DNA of 26,770 nucleotides from Deinococcaceae bacterium (GTDB taxonomy: Bacteria; Deinococcota; Deinococci; Deinococcales; Trueperaceae). Below are positions 22,928-26,770 of this stretch, piece after piece. A model generated the notes under the pieces. It did no database searches. It was not told the DNA's origin and was given only the letters and a program-made list of their open reading frames with translations. Within the stretch, counting starts at the first letter, position 1. Every line of letters starts with the position of its first letter. The translations under genes and the position numbers were made by a program. Where the stretch lies: assembly GCA_040256005.1 (NCBI GenBank), contig JBDZWC010000029.1, positions 1 to 26,770 on the forward strand, in the 5' to 3' direction.

Positions 22928-24580
22928 ATGGACCGGAAGTACATCTTCATAACCGGGGGGGTGGTCTCCAGCCTGGGCAAGGGCATCGCCACCTCGAGCA
23001 TCGGGGCCCTCCTCAGGGCGAGGGGGTACTCGGTCACGGCCGTGAAGATCGACCCCTACATCAACGTGGACGCCGGCACGATGCGGCCCTACGAGCACGG
23101 CGAGGTGTTCGTGACCGACGACGGCGCCGAGACCGACCTGGACATCGGCACCTATGAGCGGTTCCTGGACGTCGACCTGGGCCGCGGCAACAACGTCACC
23201 ACCGGCCAGGTCTACCAGGCGGTCATCGAGAAGGAGCGGCGCGGCGAGTACCTGTCGCACACGGTACAGGTCATCCCTCACGTCACCGACGAGATCAAGG
23301 ACCGCATCCGCGCCGCCGGCGAGGCGGCGGACGCCGAGGTAGTGCTGGTCGAGGTGGGCGGCACCGTGGGCGACATCGAGTCGCTGCCGTTCCTCGAGGC
23401 TATCAGGCAGTTGCGCTTCGACGCCGGCCGCGAGAACACCCTCTACATACACGTGACCCTCGTCCCGTTCCTCGGCACCAGCGAGGAGTTCAAGACCAAG
23501 CCAACGCAGCACTCGGTCGCCACACTGCGCGGCGTGGGCATCCAGCCGGACGCGCTGATCCTGCGCTCGCAGGCCCAGGTGCCCAAGGACGGGCTCCAGA
23601 AGATCGCGCTGTTCTCGAACGTGGAGCCGGGCGCTGTCTTCAACGCCTACGACGCCGACCACGTGTACGCCGTGCCCGAGATGCTGGAACAACAGGGCAT
23701 CGGGCGCTACGTCGAGAGGATGCTCCACCTTGAGCACGTGACGCCGGAGCTCCGTGTGTGGCACGACGCGGTGAGGGTGCTGCGTCGGCCGGGCACGCAG
23801 GTGGACATCGCCGTGGTGGGCAAGTACGTCGCCATGCCGGACGCCTACCTGAGCCTCCTGGAGGCCCTCAAGCACGCCGGCATAGCGAACGACGCGACCG
23901 TGAACGTGGAGTGGGTGGACGCCGAGACCCTCATGAACGAGCGGCCGCCCTCCCTCGACGCCTACCACGGGATCCTCGTGCCGGGCGGCTTCGGCGTGCG
24001 CGGCATCGAGGGCAAGGTCGCCGCAGCCCGCATCGCCCGCGAGCGCAAGGTGCCGTACCTGGGTATCTGCCTCGGCATGCAGGTGGCGGTCATCGAGTTC
24101 GCCAGGCACGTGGCGGGGCTCAAGGGCGCCAACTCCACCGAGTTCGACCCGTACACGCCCCACCCTGTGATCGGCCTCATGCCGGAGCAGCTCGAGGTGG
24201 AAGGCATGGGCGGCACCATGCGCCTGGGTTCCTGGCCAATGCGCGTGTTCCCTGGGACGCGGCTCGAGCGGCTCTACGGCCTGCCGCTGGGCCAGGGCGG
24301 CACCGTGCACGAGCGGCACCGCCACCGCTACGAGGTCAACCCCGACTACGTCGACCGCCTCAAGCAGGCCGGTCTGGTGGTCTCGGGCGTCACCCCAGGC
24401 ATGCGGGGGCGCGGTGAGGGCCTGGTTGAGGCCATCGAGCTGGACGACCACCCCTACTTCCTGGCCGTCCAGTCGCATCCCGAGTTCAAGTCGCGCCTCA
24501 TGCGCCCCAGCCCACCGTTCACCGGCTTCATCGAGGCCGCCGTCAAGTACGCGGCCAAGGAGGCCGCCACCGTAGCGTGA
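22928..24580 (+). CDS. pyrG: CTP synthase
   Basis: KYIFITGGVVSSLGKG, KIDPYINVDAGTM, ETDLD, KTKPTQHSV, PGGFG, GICLGMQ, ERHRHRYEVN, HPEF; true start ATG 22928. Confidence 0.98.
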   Translation: MDRKYIFITGGVVSSLGKGIATSSIGALLRARGYSVTAVKIDPYINVDAGTMRPYEHGEVFVTDDGAETDLDIGTYERFLDVDLGRGNNVTTGQVYQAVIEKERRGEYLSHTVQVIPHVTDEIKDRIRAAGEAADAEVVLVEVGGTVGDIESLPFLEAIRQLRFDAGRENTLYIHVTLVPFLGTSEEFKTKPTQHSVATLRGVGIQPDALILRSQAQVPKDGLQKIALFSNVEPGAVFNAYDADHVYAVPEMLEQQGIGRYVERMLHLEHVTPELRVWHDAVRVLRRPGTQVDIAVVGKYVAMPDAYLSLLEALKHAGIANDATVNVEWVDAETLMNERPPSLDAYHGILVPGGFGVRGIEGKVAAARIARERKVPYLGICLGMQVAVIEFARHVAGLKGANSTEFDPYTPHPVIGLMPEQLEVEGMGGTMRLGSWPMRVFPGTRLERLYGLPLGQGGTVHERHRHRYEVNPDYVDRLKQAGLVVSGVTPGMRGRGEGLVEAIELDDHPYFLAVQSHPEFKSRLMRPSPPFTGFIEAAVKYAAKEAATVA

Positions 24581-25218
24581 CGCCCGGCTCGACGGGCGGG
24601 CGCGCGCTCGTCATCGGGGTCGCGGGCGGAACCGGCAGCGGGAAGAGCACCGTCGCGACCGCCATGGCGGACGCGGCGCCCGGCAAGGTCCTCGTGCTCC
24701 CGCAGGACGTCTACTACCGACGCGCCTCGGATCCCTACTTCGAGGGCAGGTCCGTCATCAACTGGGACGAGCCAGGGGCGTTCGACACGCCCTTCCTGGT
24801 GGAGCAGCTCGACGCCCTGGCGGCCGGCGCGGCGATAGACCGGCCCCTCTACGACTTCGAGGCCTCCGATCGCCTGTCAAAGACGCTGCGCCTGGGCCCG
24901 GCCCCCGTGGTCGTCGTCGAGGGGATATTGGTGCTCCATGAGCTCGAGGTGCGGCGCCGGCTGGACCTCAAGGTGTTCATAGACGCGCCGCCCGACGAGC
25001 GCTTCATCAGGCGGCTCGAGCGCGACGTGAACGAGCGAGGTCGCAGCGCGCAGAGCGTCATTGACCAGTACCGGAGCACGGTGAAGAGCATGCACGACCT
25101 GTACGTGGAGCCCACCAAGCAGCACGCTGACCTGATAATCCCCGAGGGCGGCAAGAACCGCGTGGCCATCAAGGTCCTGGTGAACCACGTGAAGGCCGCG
25201 ATCCAGGAGCTCACATGA
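24577..25218 (+). CDS. udk: Uridine kinase
   Basis: IGVAGGTGSGKST, QDVYY, NWDEPGAFD, VVEGIL, RRLERDVNERGR, VEPTKQHADLIIPEGGKN; GTGA overlap with pyrG. Confidence 0.94.
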   Translation: MTPGSTGGRALVIGVAGGTGSGKSTVATAMADAAPGKVLVLPQDVYYRRASDPYFEGRSVINWDEPGAFDTPFLVEQLDALAAGAAIDRPLYDFEASDRLSKTLRLGPAPVVVVEGILVLHELEVRRRLDLKVFIDAPPDERFIRRLERDVNERGRSAQSVIDQYRSTVKSMHDLYVEPTKQHADLIIPEGGKNRVAIKVLVNHVKAAIQELT

Positions 25219-26770
25219 GACCGGCGTTGTGGGTGGTGCTGGCGCTGTCGCTGGTGCCCGCTCTCTTCCTCGTAGGCAGGCGCATCTCGTCGGAGGGCAG
25301 CCGGGTCGAGGTCGCCATCGTCATGGACGAGCAGGCGTTGGCCGACCAGGCCGACCTGATCGGCCTCACCAGCCTCGAGCTGGCGCGGCGCTACCAGGCG
25401 CTGGGCCTCACCGGGATCGCGCTCTACGAGGACAACCCCGAGTCGCTGGTCGAGAAGGGCTACGCGGCAGCCATGCTGGGCTCCGAGATGCGGGCCCAGG
25501 CAGTGGCGCGGGGAGAGGCGCCGCCGCCCGTTCCGGCCGACTCCACGGTCATCACGGCGCTCATGCCCGGCGCCTTGGACGGCCTCATCGCCAAGAACGT
25601 GCCGGAGGCCAGGCCCTTCGAGTACCAGGGACGTACCTGGTACGTGTGGCCGGGCGACGTACGGCAGACGCTGCCGGCCGGCCCCGACGTAGCCCAGCTG
25701 GAGCTGTGGTCCAACGCCGGCTTCGACATCGCCTACCGGCCTCGCAACGCCCCCTACCGGCTCCTGGACCCTGGCGAGGACTTCCCGGATCAGGCGACGT
25801 ACCTCGTCTACGCCGGCACCCAGGTGGCGGGCCACCCGTTCGGGCCAGACGAGGACGGGGCCCAGCCGGTCATCGACGCCTCACAGGAGTTCCTGACCGC
25901 GATCATCGAGGGGACGCCCCAGGACGGGATGAGCCGCATCTCCGGCCAGGTGCCCACGGTCCGGCTACTGTCGTTCAACCAGGACTACGTCGACAGGCGC
26001 CTGCGCCCCCGGGACATCATCGACAAGTACCTGCTGGCCGTGTCCGAGCGCAACGTGCGCCTCCTGTACCTGCGGCCCTGGACCACCACCGAGCTGGGCG
26101 ACCCGGTCGCTAACACCGAGGCGATGATCGAGGGCCTGGTGGGCGCTCTGAACAGCGAGGGCTACCAGGTCGGAGCGCTGACCACGCTGGACACCACGTT
26201 CCAGACGAACAGGCTGCTCAGGACGCTGGCCGCGGTGGGCGTGCTGGCGGGCCTGGCCCTGCTGGCGGCCGCGATCCCGGCGCCGTGGGGCGCATGGGCC
26301 GCCGTGGGCGTGCTGGCTCTAGGCGTGCTGGCCGCCGGCTTCGACTGGGGGGCGCTGGCCCTCGCGGCCGCGCTGGTCTTCCCTGTCCTCGGCCTGCTCC
26401 TGTGGCAGCGCAGGGTCCTCGACCTGCTGCCCGCGACACTAGTGAGCCTCGCCGGGGCGGTCCTGCTCGTAGCCGTGGGCAGCGAGCGGGCGACGGTCCT
26501 GGCCATCCAGCCGTTCGCCGGCGTAGCCGCGACCCTGGTCGTGCCGCCGGCGCTGTTCTTCGTCGCCTGCCTGATCCGTGAGCGACCCCTCAAGGAGTGG
26601 ATGCGCGCGACCTGGGACGCCCAGGTCCGCGTGTGGCACGTGGCCATCGCCGCCGTCGCGCTGGCGGCCGTGGCGTTGGTCCTGCTGCGGCGCGGCAACG
26701 ACCCCGTCATCGGCGTCAGCCAGTACGAGCTGGCGTTCCGGCAGCTGCTGGGCGAGTACTTCGCGCGGCC
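25215..26770 (+). CDS. DUF5693-like membrane protein (partial, runs off the window)
   Basis: Not in the ORF track because it is truncated. ATGA overlap with udk; MRPALWVVLALSLVPALFLVGRRISSEGSRVEVAIVMD...GLTGIALYED...AVSERNVRLLYLRP..., many C-terminal TM helices, RRGND and a terminal ARP. Confidence 0.72.
   Translation, partial: MRPALWVVLALSLVPALFLVGRRISSEGSRVEVAIVMDEQALADQADLIGLTSLELARRYQALGLTGIALYEDNPESLVEKGYAAAMLGSEMRAQAVARGEAPPPVPADSTVITALMPGALDGLIAKNVPEARPFEYQGRTWYVWPGDVRQTLPAGPDVAQLELWSNAGFDIAYRPRNAPYRLLDPGEDFPDQATYLVYAGTQVAGHPFGPDEDGAQPVIDASQEFLTAIIEGTPQDGMSRISGQVPTVRLLSFNQDYVDRRLRPRDIIDKYLLAVSERNVRLLYLRPWTTTELGDPVANTEAMIEGLVGALNSEGYQVGALTTLDTTFQTNRLLRTLAAVGVLAGLALLAAAIPAPWGAWAAVGVLALGVLAAGFDWGALALAAALVFPVLGLLLWQRRVLDLLPATLVSLAGAVLLVAVGSERATVLAIQPFAGVAATLVVPPALFFVACLIRERPLKEWMRATWDAQVRVWHVAIAAVALAAVALVLLRRGNDPVIGVSQYELAFRQLLGEYFAR

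Noticed and set aside
22736..24478. 580-aa ORF antisense to pyrG
   Set aside because: Typical stop-free antisense frame of a high-GC gene; no recognisable motifs.
25229..26710. Several ORFs listed in the last 1.5 kb
   Set aside because: Off-frame or antisense shadows of the truncated membrane protein starting at 25215.
1..26770. CRISPR arrays, IS elements, prophage genes, tRNA or rRNA
   Set aside because: No regularly spaced repeats, transposase/integrase motifs or structural RNA signatures were seen; intergenic spaces are short and accounted for.

Overview
High-GC bacterial chromosomal region, most likely Deinococcota (Truepera/Deinococcus-like, inferred from the RpoZ and L31 sequences and from many leaderless genes with a TANNNT box 6-8 nt before the start codon). 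In order: partial Hrq1/MrfA-type DEAD/DEAH helicase; a GT2-sqdB-sqdX cluster (sulfoquinovose/sulfolipid synthesis); a cobalamin-riboswitch-controlled btuF-btuC-btuD ABC importer; bifunctional Ada; ZapE; an aroA-cmk-nadK-LpxB-like operon; SufE; rpmE with a structured leader; an orphan GAF-containing HisKA_3 sensor kinase back-to-back with a TraB/GumN gene; a secreted TPR protein; argR with an ARG box; gmk-rpoZ; and pyrG-udk-DUF5693-like (partial). No mobile elements, CRISPR arrays, tRNA or rRNA genes were seen. The most notable item is the cyanobacterial-style sqdB+sqdX sulfolipid pathway joined to an extra membrane GT2 in an apparently non-photosynthetic Deinococcota genome. Several compact regulatory arrangements are also worth checking. 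All family assignments are from motif recognition by eye, not database searches.
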